A DNA stretch of 64,000 nt. Source: Patescibacteria group bacterium. GTDB lineage: Bacteria > Patescibacteriota > Minisyncoccia > UBA6257 > 2-01-FULL-56-20. The notes beneath the pieces are model-generated. The model searched no databases. It saw nothing but the letters and a program-made list of their open reading frames with translations, and had not been told where the DNA came from. Location of the stretch: contig JAGXBC010000002.1 of the NCBI GenBank assembly GCA_018971305.1, positions 80,046-144,045 of the forward strand, in the 5' to 3' direction. The position numbers and the translations under genes were made by a program. This document shows positions 9,766 through 19,385 of this stretch, one piece after another (position 1 is the first letter of the stretch; every line of letters starts with the position of its first letter).

Positions 9766-11281
9766 TAATATTTTAAACAGGATAACGATGTATCGGGTAG
9801 TTTTATACTACCTTTTGGCGCTCTGGGGGATAGCGCTTGCTTTTTCTTTTTTCGGAATTTTGCCGTACAACCCGCTGGCCATGACCTTCTCCGCGGCTTT
9901 TATTGTGGCTATCTGCTGGTCGGCGAATAATATCTTTTCCAGGATATTTGAAGCGCCAACGAACGTTGAATCTATTTTTATTACCGCCCTGATTCTCGCT
10001 CTCATCATCACTCCTCTTAAATCTCTCGCCGATACCGGTGGAATGATGTTCCTCTTTTGGGCATCTGTCTGGGCAATGGCTTCCAAGTATATTTTAGCCA
10101 TTAAAAAGAAGCACATTTTCAATCCTGCTGGTTTTGCCGTAGCGTTGACGGCCTTAACTATCGGAAGCTCCGCCACTTGGTGGGTTGGAGGAACCTTACA
10201 GATGATGCCATTCGTGCTTGCGGGCGGACTGCTTCTTGTGCGGAAGATTCAAAGATTTGATCTGTCCATAGCATTTTTCTTGTCGGCGATGGTCTCAATT
10301 TTATGGACAGGCGTCTCTCCGCTTTCCGGACCGTTGGACGTTATGTACAAAGCTTTGGTTCACGCGCCTATCTTCTTTTTTGCGTTTGTCATGATAACGG
10401 AACCGTTGACGACACCCCCCACGAAAATTACGCGCATATTATACGGAATTTTCACGGGGCTCCTATTCGCTCCGGCAATCCACATCGGTTCGATCTATTC
10501 AACCCCGGAGCTCGCGCTTCTTTGTGGCAACGCTTTTTCGTATTTACTTAGCCCAAAGAGTAAATTTATTTTGCAATTAAAAAACAAAGAACGGATGTCT
10601 ACGGATGTCTACGATTTTGTTTTTACTCCCAATCAGAAATTATCTTTCAGGCCCGGGCAATATTTGGAATGGACCCTGCCGCATGAAGGATCCGACAGCA
10701 GGGGAAACAGGCGTTATTTTACTATCGCCTCCTCTCCTACCGAGAAGGAACTTAGGGTAGGAGTAAAATTTTATCCCCAGCCGAGCAGTTTCAAAAAATC
10801 GTTGTTCTCTATGGGTGCGGACAAAAAAATTGTCGGGGCGCAGCTCTCCGGTGACTTTGTTCTGCCCAGGAATAAAAATCGCAAGCTGGCGCTTATCGCC
10901 GGCGGTATAGGGATTACTCCGTTCCGGAGCATGGTCAAATATCTTTTGGATAAGAATGAAAAGAGGGACATCGCTTTATTCTATTCCAATAAAACTGCAG
11001 ACGATATAATTTATCGGGATGTATTTGACGAAGCCGAGCGGCGGCTTGGCATCAGGACAGTTTACACGGTTACCGATACGCAAAGCGCGCCTCGGGAAGG
11101 GAAAATAAGAAAAGGCAGGATAAGCCCGGAAATTCTTATGAAGGCCCTGCCCGATTATAGCGAGAGAATGTTTTACCTTTCCGGACCGCGCTCAATGGTT
11201 GTTGCTTTTGAAGAAACCCTGAAAGCTCTGGGCGTAAAAAAGAGAAAGATCAAAACCGATTTCTTTCCTGGTTTTGCTTAG
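9749..11281 (+). CDS. Fusion protein: NqrB/RnfD-like polytopic membrane domain + ferredoxin-NADP-reductase-like FAD/NAD(P)-binding domain
   Basis: N-terminal multi-TM region with NPAGFAVA (NqrB/RnfD NPA motif) and GSSAT (possible SGAT-like flavinylation site). C-terminal RYFTIASSP (RxYS FAD motif) and GGIGITPFRS (NAD(P)-binding). An alternative start at 9788 (MYRVV) would avoid the overlap with apbE. Confidence 0.6.
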   Translation: MLKSIDNILNRITMYRVVLYYLLALWGIALAFSFFGILPYNPLAMTFSAAFIVAICWSANNIFSRIFEAPTNVESIFITALILALIITPLKSLADTGGMMFLFWASVWAMASKYILAIKKKHIFNPAGFAVALTALTIGSSATWWVGGTLQMMPFVLAGGLLLVRKIQRFDLSIAFFLSAMVSILWTGVSPLSGPLDVMYKALVHAPIFFFAFVMITEPLTTPPTKITRILYGIFTGLLFAPAIHIGSIYSTPELALLCGNAFSYLLSPKSKFILQLKNKERMSTDVYDFVFTPNQKLSFRPGQYLEWTLPHEGSDSRGNRRYFTIASSPTEKELRVGVKFYPQPSSFKKSLFSMGADKKIVGAQLSGDFVLPRNKNRKLALIAGGIGITPFRSMVKYLLDKNEKRDIALFYSNKTADDIIYRDVFDEAERRLGIRTVYTVTDTQSAPREGKIRKGRISPEILMKALPDYSERMFYLSGPRSMVVAFEETLKALGVKKRKIKTDFFPGFA

Positions 11282-11314
11282 AGTGGCAGAATAATTTAAG
11301 CTGTTGATTGATTT

Positions 11315-11343
11315 TTGCAACTACACCTTACTCATTGTAGAAT
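11315..11343 (+). promoter_or_regulatory. Putative sigma-70 promoter TTGCAA-17-TAGAAT for the downstream ABC ATPase gene
   Basis: Hexamers read directly in the sequence; the -10 ends 9 nt before the ATG at 11353, which suggests a leaderless or near-leaderless transcript. Confidence 0.4.
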
Positions 11344-11352
11344 CCTTTATAA

Positions 11353-12057
11353 ATGATAGAAATTTCCAATTTGAGCAAGCGTTACGGAAAACAGGTCGTC
11401 GTTGACGATCTCTCGCTAAAAATAAGTAAGGGTGAAACCTTCGGTTTTTTGGGGCAGAACGGCGCCGGGAAAACGACCACGATAAAAATGATAGTGGGGC
11501 TTACGCGCCCCGACGAAGGGAAGATAACCATCGGCGGAAAACTTGTGGACGACATCTCTGCCAGAAGAAAAATCGGCTTTATGCCCGAAGCCCCTTATTT
11601 TTATGAGCGGCTGACGGGCATGGAGTTCATGAAATTTTGCGGAGATTTGTTCGGGGAAAATAATAGATCGGAATCAGAGTACGAAGACATTTTAAAGATG
11701 ACCGGGATTTTCGACGCCAAAGACAAGGCCATCGGTAAGTATTCCAAGGGAATGAAGCAACGCCTCGGTTTCGCGCAAACTCTAGTCAACGATCCAGATT
11801 ATATTTTTCTTGATGAACCTCTGGACGGACTTGATCCCTTGGGGCGCAAAGAGATAAAAAAAATTATTAAAACTTTGCAGGGCAACGGCAAGACGATTTT
11901 TTTCAATTCGCATATTCTTTATGACACAGAAGAGCTTTGCGACAGAATCGGTATAATCCATAAAGGTAGATTGCTTTACGCTGGTGCAGTAAAAGAATTC
12001 TGTCAGGGTAAACCCTTGGAAGAAAAATTCGTGGAATTAGTTGAAATGCAGCAATGA
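11353..12057 (+). CDS. ABC transporter ATP-binding protein (ABC-2/NatA-like)
   Basis: Walker [10 protein letters not shown], signature YSKGMKQR, Walker [12 protein letters not shown]. Confidence 0.85.
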   Translation: MIEISNLSKRYGKQVVVDDLSLKISKGETFGFLGQNGAGKTTTIKMIVGLTRPDEGKITIGGKLVDDISARRKIGFMPEAPYFYERLTGMEFMKFCGDLFGENNRSESEYEDILKMTGIFDAKDKAIGKYSKGMKQRLGFAQTLVNDPDYIFLDEPLDGLDPLGRKEIKKIIKTLQGNGKTIFFNSHILYDTEELCDRIGIIHKGRLLYAGAVKEFCQGKPLEEKFVELVEMQQ

Positions 12058-12659
12058 GCAGAAAACTTTTAATAGCAACAGGGAGTAAGGGCAAATTTCC
12101 TGAAATCGTTAAAGAACTCGGCGCTTTACCGGTGGAATTTTTAAGTCTCGCGGATTTGGGATATCCTGCCGATTACGAGATAGAAGAACCTGCGATGACT
12201 TTTGAAGGCAACGCTATAATCAAGGCGATGACTATGGGCAAAAAGAGCGGCCTCTTAACGCTCGCGGACGATTCCGGATTGGAAGTAGACGCCCTGGGCG
12301 GGCGCCCCGGAGTTTTTTCCGCCAGATATACTCCTGGTGAAGATGCGGATAGATGCGTAAAAATTTTACAAGAACTTAGGAATGTCCCGGATGGTGAGCG
12401 TGGGGCGCAGTTCCGTTGCCTAGTAGCAATTTATGATCCGGAGACAGAAAAGGTAAGAACCTGTGAGGGCATTTATCGCGGTCGCATCATCCGCGAAGAG
12501 CATGGCACGAACGGTTTTGGCTATGACCCGATATTTTATAATGACGAGCTCGGTAAAACCAACGCCGAAATGTCTATGGAGAAAAAAAATTCCGTAAGCC
12601 ACAGAGGGGCGGCTCTAAAAAAAGCGAAGGAAATATTAATTAAGGAATTCTTAAACTAA
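12054..12659 (+). CDS. rdgB: Non-canonical purine NTP pyrophosphatase RdgB/Ham1 (dITP/XTP pyrophosphatase)
   Basis: LLIATGSKGKFPE N-terminus, FGYDPIF and ...SHRGAA C-terminal motifs typical of the Ham1 family; ~200 aa. Confidence 0.8.
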   Translation: MSRKLLIATGSKGKFPEIVKELGALPVEFLSLADLGYPADYEIEEPAMTFEGNAIIKAMTMGKKSGLLTLADDSGLEVDALGGRPGVFSARYTPGEDADRCVKILQELRNVPDGERGAQFRCLVAIYDPETEKVRTCEGIYRGRIIREEHGTNGFGYDPIFYNDELGKTNAEMSMEKKNSVSHRGAALKKAKEILIKEFLN

Positions 12660-12660
12660 C

Positions 12661-13419
12661 ATGCATAACGTACTCGTCATCGCCAAAAATACTTTCAAAG
12701 AGGCGGTTCGGGACAGGATATTTTACGCCATCCTCGGATTCGCCGTTCTCTTTATTCTTCTGGATTTATTTTTAGCCCGTCTCGCTTTGGGTGATCCCGT
12801 GATGATAAAAAGTTTCGGGCTGGCTGGTATCTACATTTTCGGCCTCATCGTCACCATATTTCTAGGCTCCTCCATAATCTATAAGGAAATAGAGCGGCGC
12901 ACGCTTTATTTTATAATTTCCAAGCCGGTCACGAGAGCTCAGGTTGTTCTGGGAAAATTCTTAGGATTGTTCATGGCGGTTGCCTTAACCACTGTGCTCA
13001 TGGCGGTCGTTTACATAGGAGTTGTGCTTCACGAAACTAGTATGTTCGATTTCCTTGGTCTCGTTGCCGTATTTTTCCAGCTTTTGGAGATGGGTCTCAT
13101 AGTGGCGGTTCTTATATTCTTTTCTTCCATTACCGCGCCGATGACGGCTACGCTCCTTGCCGTGATTATGGTTTTTATCGGACATCTCTTGGGTTCGGTT
13201 CTATATAGCGGCGAGATTATCGGTGGGACTACATATAAATTATCACTGGCCTTTTATTATTTATTTCCAAACCTGGAGAAGTTTGATCTGCGCAATCTGG
13301 TAGTGCATGGGATATCAATAACACCACATGGCGCGCTTTTTGCCATCGCCTACGCCGTGCTTTATTCGGGAATCCTTATTTGGGGAGCTATTCTGCTTTT
13401 GAACAGGCGCGAGCTTTGA
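12661..13419 (+). CDS. ABC-2 family transporter permease
   Basis: Six predicted TM helices; N-terminus MHNVLVIAKNTFKEAVRDRIFY typical of ABC-2 permeases; pairs with the ATPase at 11353. Confidence 0.65.
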   Translation: MHNVLVIAKNTFKEAVRDRIFYAILGFAVLFILLDLFLARLALGDPVMIKSFGLAGIYIFGLIVTIFLGSSIIYKEIERRTLYFIISKPVTRAQVVLGKFLGLFMAVALTTVLMAVVYIGVVLHETSMFDFLGLVAVFFQLLEMGLIVAVLIFFSSITAPMTATLLAVIMVFIGHLLGSVLYSGEIIGGTTYKLSLAFYYLFPNLEKFDLRNLVVHGISITPHGALFAIAYAVLYSGILIWGAILLLNRREL

Positions 13420-13443
13420 TTTGTGTTTCGTATCGTAACTTAA

Positions 13444-14265
13444 ATGTCACTCGCTAAAAAAATCTTATTGCCAATTTTATTTACTGGGATAATTTTGTCC
13501 CAATATTTTTATGATGCGGGAAGAGTTAATACTAAAACTGCCGGTCTTTCCTTGCCCCCGCAATTCGCCGAACATCTTGACTTAGGCCTTCACTCGGCGC
13601 TCGCGTCATTTCTATGGCTCAATACCCGCATGGAATTACCATACCTCCCAAATGGTTATCAAAGTTTTTTTGACGGATTGAATCTGATAAATACTCTCGA
13701 CCCGCGTTTCGCCGAACCCTACGTGTTCACAGAGATAGTTCTTCCCAGCACCGCTTATCCCCAAAGAATAAGCGCCGCTGTGGCCGTGGGCGAGAAGGGA
13801 GTTGCCCAAGCAGATAAGGACTGGCAGATCCCATTTTATCTGGCCGCCATATATCACCTTTATTTGCGGGATTATACAAGTTCGGCTAAATATTTCGATC
13901 TGGCTGCGCAGATGCCGGGCATACCGGAAGTCGTGAAAAGATTCGCCATTAACTACGGCATTATTCCGGATATCCGCGAGCGGACCAAGAATATTTGGCT
14001 GGCGATCTACGAAAGCACCACCGATCAAGGTCTCAAGGCCAGAGCTAAGGCTTATGTGGGTCACTATAATATCTTGGATGAGCTGCAGAAGGCGGTCTAT
14101 GACTATAAAGAACTGTATGGCAAATATCCGACGGCCATAAGCGACTTGGTGGACAAAAAAATTTTGAAAGAGATCCCCCCCGATCCATTCGGTTTAGAAT
14201 TCTTTGTCTACAGCGGTGGTGTAGTGGGCATCCGGCAGCTTCCGGGACAAGGAGTAGTTGATTGA
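13444..14265 (+). CDS. Hypothetical exported protein (alpha-helical, TPR-like?)
   Basis: N-terminal signal/TM; no motif. Confidence 0.45.
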   Translation: MSLAKKILLPILFTGIILSQYFYDAGRVNTKTAGLSLPPQFAEHLDLGLHSALASFLWLNTRMELPYLPNGYQSFFDGLNLINTLDPRFAEPYVFTEIVLPSTAYPQRISAAVAVGEKGVAQADKDWQIPFYLAAIYHLYLRDYTSSAKYFDLAAQMPGIPEVVKRFAINYGIIPDIRERTKNIWLAIYESTTDQGLKARAKAYVGHYNILDELQKAVYDYKELYGKYPTAISDLVDKKILKEIPPDPFGLEFFVYSGGVVGIRQLPGQGVVD

Positions 14266-14332
14266 CAGAGAGCATGCGGCGGAATAGTATTTTCTTAGCT
14301 TAATCTTCAATCGAAGTTATGGGAGGTGCGAC

Positions 14333-15160
14333 GTGAAGACATTAACGAGGGTTTTGTCTGTATGTTTTTTGCTTTCACCTGTCTTTGTAAGAGGTCAAGA
14401 TTGTTCTCTGGGCATAGAACAGAAAAGCAAATTATATTTCCGCATGGGCGGAGGTAATGAACCTGTATATCCCCGCGGTTCGGGTAGGTATCAAAGATGG
14501 CTTGGCGGGGTAACGCTTAATTTCCCTGGCAAGAAGTACGAAGGTTGCCTTCAGACCGGTGTTGTTGGTGCAGCGGTTTTTGACAATCCGGACAGCTTCA
14601 ATTTCGTTCTCCGTTTTGATAGGACAAAAAACCTAAACCACAATGAAAAATTAATCTTAGGCATTATGCATACGGATGCCTACGCGCTTAATTCTTTGCC
14701 TATACCGGATCCACAAGCGCGGCGTCCTACTTCCAGTACGAATACTACTTGGCTGGAAGGCGGTTGGCGGATTGAGAAGCCAAAGCTGGACGGAGAAGTG
14801 TTTTTTCGTTATGCCTTGACCGGTAAGGAGCCGCTTTTTTTCGGATATTATACGGCTCCTTACAGCCGGGAGAACCTTAGCGCTTTATTAAGGTGGCGTA
14901 TTTCTCCTAGAGACAAAGCCGTCTTCAGTTCTGAGACTTATCTAGGCGATGGTTCACGGAACAGATTTGTTGAGAGTTGTATCTTTGAGCACAACCTCAA
15001 GCGCCGCATAATCTTTGAGGCACGGGCTGCGTTCCAAGTGAACAGAGGTTTTTATCCGATATTGCCGGCTCCGCCGTTTGGTTTTGCGATAGACAGATTT
15101 CTGCGAAATCACTGGCTTGTGCAGGCAGGGTTCAATATGCCGTTTACTGTTAAATTTTAG
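14333..15160 (+). CDS. Hypothetical exported protein (GTG start)
   Basis: Signal peptide-like N-terminus; beta-rich composition; followed by a strong intrinsic terminator. Confidence 0.45.
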   Translation: MKTLTRVLSVCFLLSPVFVRGQDCSLGIEQKSKLYFRMGGGNEPVYPRGSGRYQRWLGGVTLNFPGKKYEGCLQTGVVGAAVFDNPDSFNFVLRFDRTKNLNHNEKLILGIMHTDAYALNSLPIPDPQARRPTSSTNTTWLEGGWRIEKPKLDGEVFFRYALTGKEPLFFGYYTAPYSRENLSALLRWRISPRDKAVFSSETYLGDGSRNRFVESCIFEHNLKRRIIFEARAAFQVNRGFYPILPAPPFGFAIDRFLRNHWLVQAGFNMPFTVKF

Positions 15161-15168
15161 AAACTTCT

Positions 15169-15193
15169 GGCGCGCCAAAACGCGCCTTTTTTG
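15169..15193 (+). terminator. Rho-independent terminator GGCGCGCC-AAAA-CGCGCC + TTTTTTG
   Basis: Perfect GC stem followed by a T6 run, 9 nt after the stop of the 14333-15160 gene. Confidence 0.7.
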
Positions 15194-15337
15194 TCCATAA
15201 AAACCTTATTTTTTTGGCTGGCAAGATGTCTTGTTTTATGCTAAAATTAAAAAGTCCTTAAGGCAGCCTGTCTGCCCATCCTGAATCCGGAAAAACCCGG
15301 ACAAAGGTAGGGCTATTTTTATGTTTTACGCTTTGTT

Positions 15338-17440
15338 ATGCCCAAGAAATCAATTAAACCGCAATTAAAAACCGAACCCAAGAACAGCCAACCTTCCTAT
15401 GAGGCGAAGGATATTTACGTTCTTGAAGGCTTGGAGCCGGTCCGCAAGAGGCCGGGAATGTATATTGGTACTACGGGGGTAGATGGTTTGCATCACTTGG
15501 TTTGGGAGGTGGTGGACAACTCTATCGACGAGGCGATGGCCGGCTTCGCCAAAAATATCACCGTAGAACTTTTACCTGAAAACAAAATTGCCGTGACGGA
15601 CGACGGTCGCGGTATTCCAGTTGATATTCATAAGCAGACAAAAAAATCGGCGCTGGAGACCGTTATGACCACGCTCCACGCCGGGGGGAAATTCGGCGGC
15701 GAGTCCTATAAAGTTTCCGGCGGACTCCATGGCGTTGGAGTTTCTGTTGTTAATGCTTTATCCGACTGGCTGCGTGTTGAGGTGTCCAGGGATGGAGGGC
15801 TTTATGCTCAGGAGTACGAGCGCGGCAAGCCGAAGGCTAAGGTCAAAAAAATCGGTTCCTCTAAACATACCGGAACTAAGGTTATTTTTTCTCCCGACCC
15901 GGAAATTTTTCCGAGTATCAGCTTTAATTATAAAACGATGGTGAACCACCTGCGCCAGCAGGCTTACCTTACGAAAGGAGTCCATATCAATATTTTTGAT
16001 AAGCGCGAAAAAATTCCCGAATATTACGGATTCTGTTTTGAGGGCGGGCTGCTTTCCTTCGTAAAATATTTATCCGAGGGGAAGAGGCATTTGAACGACG
16101 AGATTTTCTATGTTCACAAGGAATACGACACTGCCGAGAACAGTTCGGACAAGAGCAAGGGCAAGTTGGAAGTGGAGGGCTCTTTTCTTTATATCGATGA
16201 TACAAAAACCGAGGAGCTTAGTTTTGCCAATAATATTTATACTCCTGACGGAGGCATGCATTTGACCGGTTTCCGTTCAGCCTTGACCCGCTCCCTGAAC
16301 AATTACGCGCGCTCCGAAGGATATCTTAAAGAGAAAGAAGAGAATCTTATCGCTGACGACACTCGGGAGGGGCTCGTTACCGTTGTTTCCGTTAAACTGC
16401 GCGAGCCTCAGTTTGAGGGTCAAACCAAGGCGCGATTGGGAAATCCGGAAGCGAGAACGGCTGTCGAGGCCGTAATGAACGAGGCACTTAAAGAGTTTCT
16501 AGAGAAGAGGCCTTCGGAGGCCAGAATCATTATAGAGAAGGTATTGCTTACGGCTAAGGCGCGCCAGGCCGCCAAAGCCGCCAAGGAAACTGTTTTGAGA
16601 AAGGGCGCATTTGAAGGATTAACTCTGCCCGGCAAACTTGCCGATTGCACTTCGCGCAGCGCCGAGGAATCAGAGCTTTTCATCGTTGAGGGAGATTCCG
16701 CCGGCGGTTCAGCCAAGCAGGGGCGCGACAGGAAAACTCAGGCAATTCTGCCTCTTAAGGGTAAAATTTTAAACGTGGAGAAATCGCGGATAGATAAAAT
16801 GCTGGCTAATGCCGAGATCAGGTCGCTTGTAGTCGCCATGGGTACGGCGATAGCCGCGGAATTCGACGTGTCCAAATTGCGGTACCACAAAATTATTTTA
16901 ATGAGCGATGCCGACGTTGACGGTGCGCACATCAGAACATTACTCCTCACATTTTTCTACCGCTATTTCAAAAAAATAATAGACGATGGCTATCTCTATG
17001 TTGCCCAGCCGCCGCTTTACAGGATTCAGTCCGGAAAAGAAATTCGTTACGCTTTTTCCGACGCGGAAAAAGAGAATACAATAATTGAATTGCAAAAGAC
17101 GAAAACCAAGAAGAAAGAAGAAAAGAACAAGAAGCAAACAATGGCAGCTGATGATGGTGGCGAAGTGGTTGGTGGCGAAGAGGTCTCGGCTGAAGCCGGT
17201 GTTGGCGATAATAAGATACCGGGTATTAATATTCAGCGTTATAAGGGTCTTGGTGAAATGAGCCCGGTCCAACTTTGGGAAACTACTATGAATCCGGAGA
17301 ACAGGATTTTAAAGCAGGTGATGGTTGAAGACGCTGCCGTGGCCAGCAAGCTTTTTGAAGTTTTGATGGGCGACGAAGTCGAGCCGCGCAAGAAATTCAT
17401 TCAAACCCACGCCTCGGCAGTGCAGAACCTTGACGTTTAA
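15338..17440 (+). CDS. gyrB: DNA gyrase subunit B
   Basis: LEGLEPVRKRPGMYIGTTG, GHKL ATPase and TOPRIM segments (EGDSAGGSAKQGRDR), C-terminal IQRYKGLGEM; carries a Lys/Gly/Glu-rich ~40-aa insert before the C-terminal motif. Confidence 0.9.
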   Translation: MPKKSIKPQLKTEPKNSQPSYEAKDIYVLEGLEPVRKRPGMYIGTTGVDGLHHLVWEVVDNSIDEAMAGFAKNITVELLPENKIAVTDDGRGIPVDIHKQTKKSALETVMTTLHAGGKFGGESYKVSGGLHGVGVSVVNALSDWLRVEVSRDGGLYAQEYERGKPKAKVKKIGSSKHTGTKVIFSPDPEIFPSISFNYKTMVNHLRQQAYLTKGVHINIFDKREKIPEYYGFCFEGGLLSFVKYLSEGKRHLNDEIFYVHKEYDTAENSSDKSKGKLEVEGSFLYIDDTKTEELSFANNIYTPDGGMHLTGFRSALTRSLNNYARSEGYLKEKEENLIADDTREGLVTVVSVKLREPQFEGQTKARLGNPEARTAVEAVMNEALKEFLEKRPSEARIIIEKVLLTAKARQAAKAAKETVLRKGAFEGLTLPGKLADCTSRSAEESELFIVEGDSAGGSAKQGRDRKTQAILPLKGKILNVEKSRIDKMLANAEIRSLVVAMGTAIAAEFDVSKLRYHKIILMSDADVDGAHIRTLLLTFFYRYFKKIIDDGYLYVAQPPLYRIQSGKEIRYAFSDAEKENTIIELQKTKTKKKEEKNKKQTMAADDGGEVVGGEEVSAEAGVGDNKIPGINIQRYKGLGEMSPVQLWETTMNPENRILKQVMVEDAAVASKLFEVLMGDEVEPRKKFIQTHASAVQNLDV

Positions 17441-17469
17441 GAGCGTTGACGATATACTAATCCGTACAA

Positions 17470-17658
17470 ATGTTCGCAAAAATAAAAAAATTCTTTGAGG
17501 AATCGCGCACAGAATTGCGCCATGTCAATTGGCCGACGCGCGATGAGGCGATACGCCTTACAGCCGTTGTTATCGGTTTGTCTTTAGGTCTCGCCCTTTT
17601 CTTAGGTTTATTTGATTATATTTTTACCGCTCTCATTAAAGCCTTCGTTATAAGATAA
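17470..17658 (+). CDS. secE: Preprotein translocase subunit SecE
   Basis: 62 aa with a single C-terminal TM helix, immediately upstream of nusG (conserved secE-nusG synteny). Confidence 0.7.
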   Translation: MFAKIKKFFEESRTELRHVNWPTRDEAIRLTAVVIGLSLGLALFLGLFDYIFTALIKAFVIR

Positions 17659-17659
17659 A

Positions 17660-18217
17660 ATGAACAGCAAATTTCAAGAAGAAAAAAAAGGATTACGCCA
17701 ATGGTATGCCGTGCAGACCTATTCCGGCTATGAAGAGGCCGTATCTCGTTATCTGAAGCAAAGAGTGGAGTCGTTGGCTATGGGAGATAAGATTTTTAAT
17801 ATTGTTGTTCCTAAAGAAAAGAAGATAAAAGTAAAAGGCGGCAAGAGGCAGACGGTTGAAGAAAAAATTTATCCCGGCTACGTGCTCGTGGAAATGATAC
17901 TTTCCGAGGATTCTTGGTATGTGGTGAGGAATACCCCGAGGGTAACGGGATTCGTGGGAACGGACACAACTAACCCCACGCCGCTTTCTAAAGACGAGAT
18001 AGACGCCTTGCTTGCCAGGGCCGGAAAAGAAGAGAGCAAGTTCAATGTTGACTTAAGGGTGGGAGATTTGGTAAAAATCATAGACGGTCCTTTTAAGGAA
18101 TACGACGGCAAGATTTCCGAGATAGACGAAGAAAAGGGAAGAATAAAGGTTATGGTTCCTATCTTCGGCCGCGATACTGCCGTGGAACTTGACTCTCTGC
18201 AGGTTAAAAAAATATAA
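17660..18217 (+). CDS. nusG: Transcription termination/antitermination factor NusG
   Basis: NGN domain WYAVQTYSGYEEAV, C-terminal KOW VGDLVKIIDGPFKEYDGKISEID. Confidence 0.85.
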   Translation: MNSKFQEEKKGLRQWYAVQTYSGYEEAVSRYLKQRVESLAMGDKIFNIVVPKEKKIKVKGGKRQTVEEKIYPGYVLVEMILSEDSWYVVRNTPRVTGFVGTDTTNPTPLSKDEIDALLARAGKEESKFNVDLRVGDLVKIIDGPFKEYDGKISEIDEEKGRIKVMVPIFGRDTAVELDSLQVKKI

Positions 18218-18220
18218 ACA

Positions 18221-18421
18221 ATGACACACTGCTTTTTTTGCTCACAAAACATCAGATATATTGACTACAAGGATATTGATCTCCTGAAGCGTTTTATTTC
18301 CAGCCAGATGAAAATTATTGACCCGAAGCACACCGGAGTCTGCGCCAAACATCAGAGGAAATTGGCCGAAGCCATCAAGCGAGCCAGGTTTATGGCCCTT
18401 GTGCCGTACGTCCGCAATTAA
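18221..18421 (+). CDS. rpsR: 30S ribosomal protein bS18
   Basis: [19 protein letters not shown]...[21 protein letters not shown] aligns closely with the canonical S18 core (IDYKD...[22 protein letters not shown]). Confidence 0.8.
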   Translation: MTHCFFCSQNIRYIDYKDIDLLKRFISSQMKIIDPKHTGVCAKHQRKLAEAIKRARFMALVPYVRN

Positions 18422-18436
18422 TTTCAATAGCCGTGA

Positions 18437-18557
18437 ATCCCGTTAGAAACAGGTCGCGGTCACGACGGCTAGCACGAACCATAAAAATTCCGCAAAAATC
18501 TTGCTCATGAAACAAAGTTTTTATAGTCTATTGAGCAACCGCGGCTTCTAACGGGAT
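18437..18557. repeat. 12-bp perfect inverted repeat (ATCCCGTTAGAA / TTCTAACGGGAT), extendable to ~22 bp imperfect, enclosing ~95 nt of A/T-rich sequence just before the PAP2 gene start
   Basis: Read directly in the sequence; the distal arm overlaps the ATG at 18556. Confidence 0.5.
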
Positions 18558-19104
18558 GAACCAGTCCATTTTCCAGTTAATCCACCAGCTCTCAGGTACT
18601 AGCGCAATTCTGGACGACCTCGGTATTTTTTTAGCAAATTATTTGCCGTATCTTTTGGTTCTGGGTTTCCTAATATTGGTTATTAGGCAGAAGGAATGGA
18701 GGCGGAGTTCTGTTATTTTCACTGACGGGGCGCTTGCTGTAATTTTATCGCGCGGCATCGTGACCGAAGTCATCAGGTTTTTTTATAATCACCCCAGGCC
18801 ATTCGATGCCCTGGGTTTCACCGCGCTCATATCGGAATCGGGAAATTCTTTCCCGTCCGGGCACATGACGTTTTTCTTCGCGTTGGCACTCATTGTCTTT
18901 TACTACAACAAGAAGGCAGGCTGGTGGTATTTCGTTCTTTCGGCAATAATCGGTTTAGCGCGTATTTATGTTGGTGTTCACTGGCCAGCTGATATCTTAG
19001 GCGGCGCGCTTATCGGTTTGGTTTGCGGACTCGTCTCACATCGCCTTGTTAAACCTTATTGGAGAAAGTTGGCACCGGTTCAGGAAGCGCAAAGCAATAT
19101 CTAA
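18556..19104 (+). CDS. PAP2 family phosphatase (undecaprenyl-diphosphatase/PgpB-like)
   Basis: PAP2 motifs KxxxxxxRP-like (NHPRPFD), PSGH, and GVHWPADILGG (SRxxxxxHxxxD equivalent). Confidence 0.7.
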   Translation: MNQSIFQLIHQLSGTSAILDDLGIFLANYLPYLLVLGFLILVIRQKEWRRSSVIFTDGALAVILSRGIVTEVIRFFYNHPRPFDALGFTALISESGNSFPSGHMTFFFALALIVFYYNKKAGWWYFVLSAIIGLARIYVGVHWPADILGGALIGLVCGLVSHRLVKPYWRKLAPVQEAQSNI

Positions 19105-19144
19105 CAAAACCGTTCCTATATATTGGAGCGGTTTTTTTCGTTTG

Positions 19145-19233
19145 CGGAGGCGAGAGGATTCGAACCTCTGTGGGGCTTTTTACACCCCGACGGTTTAGCA
19201 AACCGTTGCCTTAAGCCACTCGGCCACGCCTCC
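19145..19233 (-). tRNA. tRNA-Ser (anticodon GCT)
   Basis: Reverse-complement folds as GGAGGCG...acceptor, anticodon loop TTGCTAA, long variable arm, T-loop TTCGAAT. Confidence 0.8.
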
Positions 19234-19270
19234 ATAATTGAACAGAAATTGAACCAAACTTTTTTAAAGC

Positions 19271-19322
19271 CACCCACCGCCTTTGGCGGGGCCCCGCTTT
19301 AGCGGTGGTCGGCCACGCCTCC
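19271..19322. repeat. Nested GC-rich palindrome (CCACCGC...GCGGGGCCCCGC...GCGGTGG) followed by a 14-nt copy of the tRNA-Ser(GCT) 5' end (TCGGCCACGCCTCC)
   Basis: Direct reading; the 14-mer at 19309-19322 is identical to 19220-19233 inside the tRNA. Confidence 0.5.
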
Positions 19323-19385
19323 GTGATTATCAAAATATCAGAAAAACTTGTTAAAATCAACTTTTTTTGTTAACCTTTAGCCACT

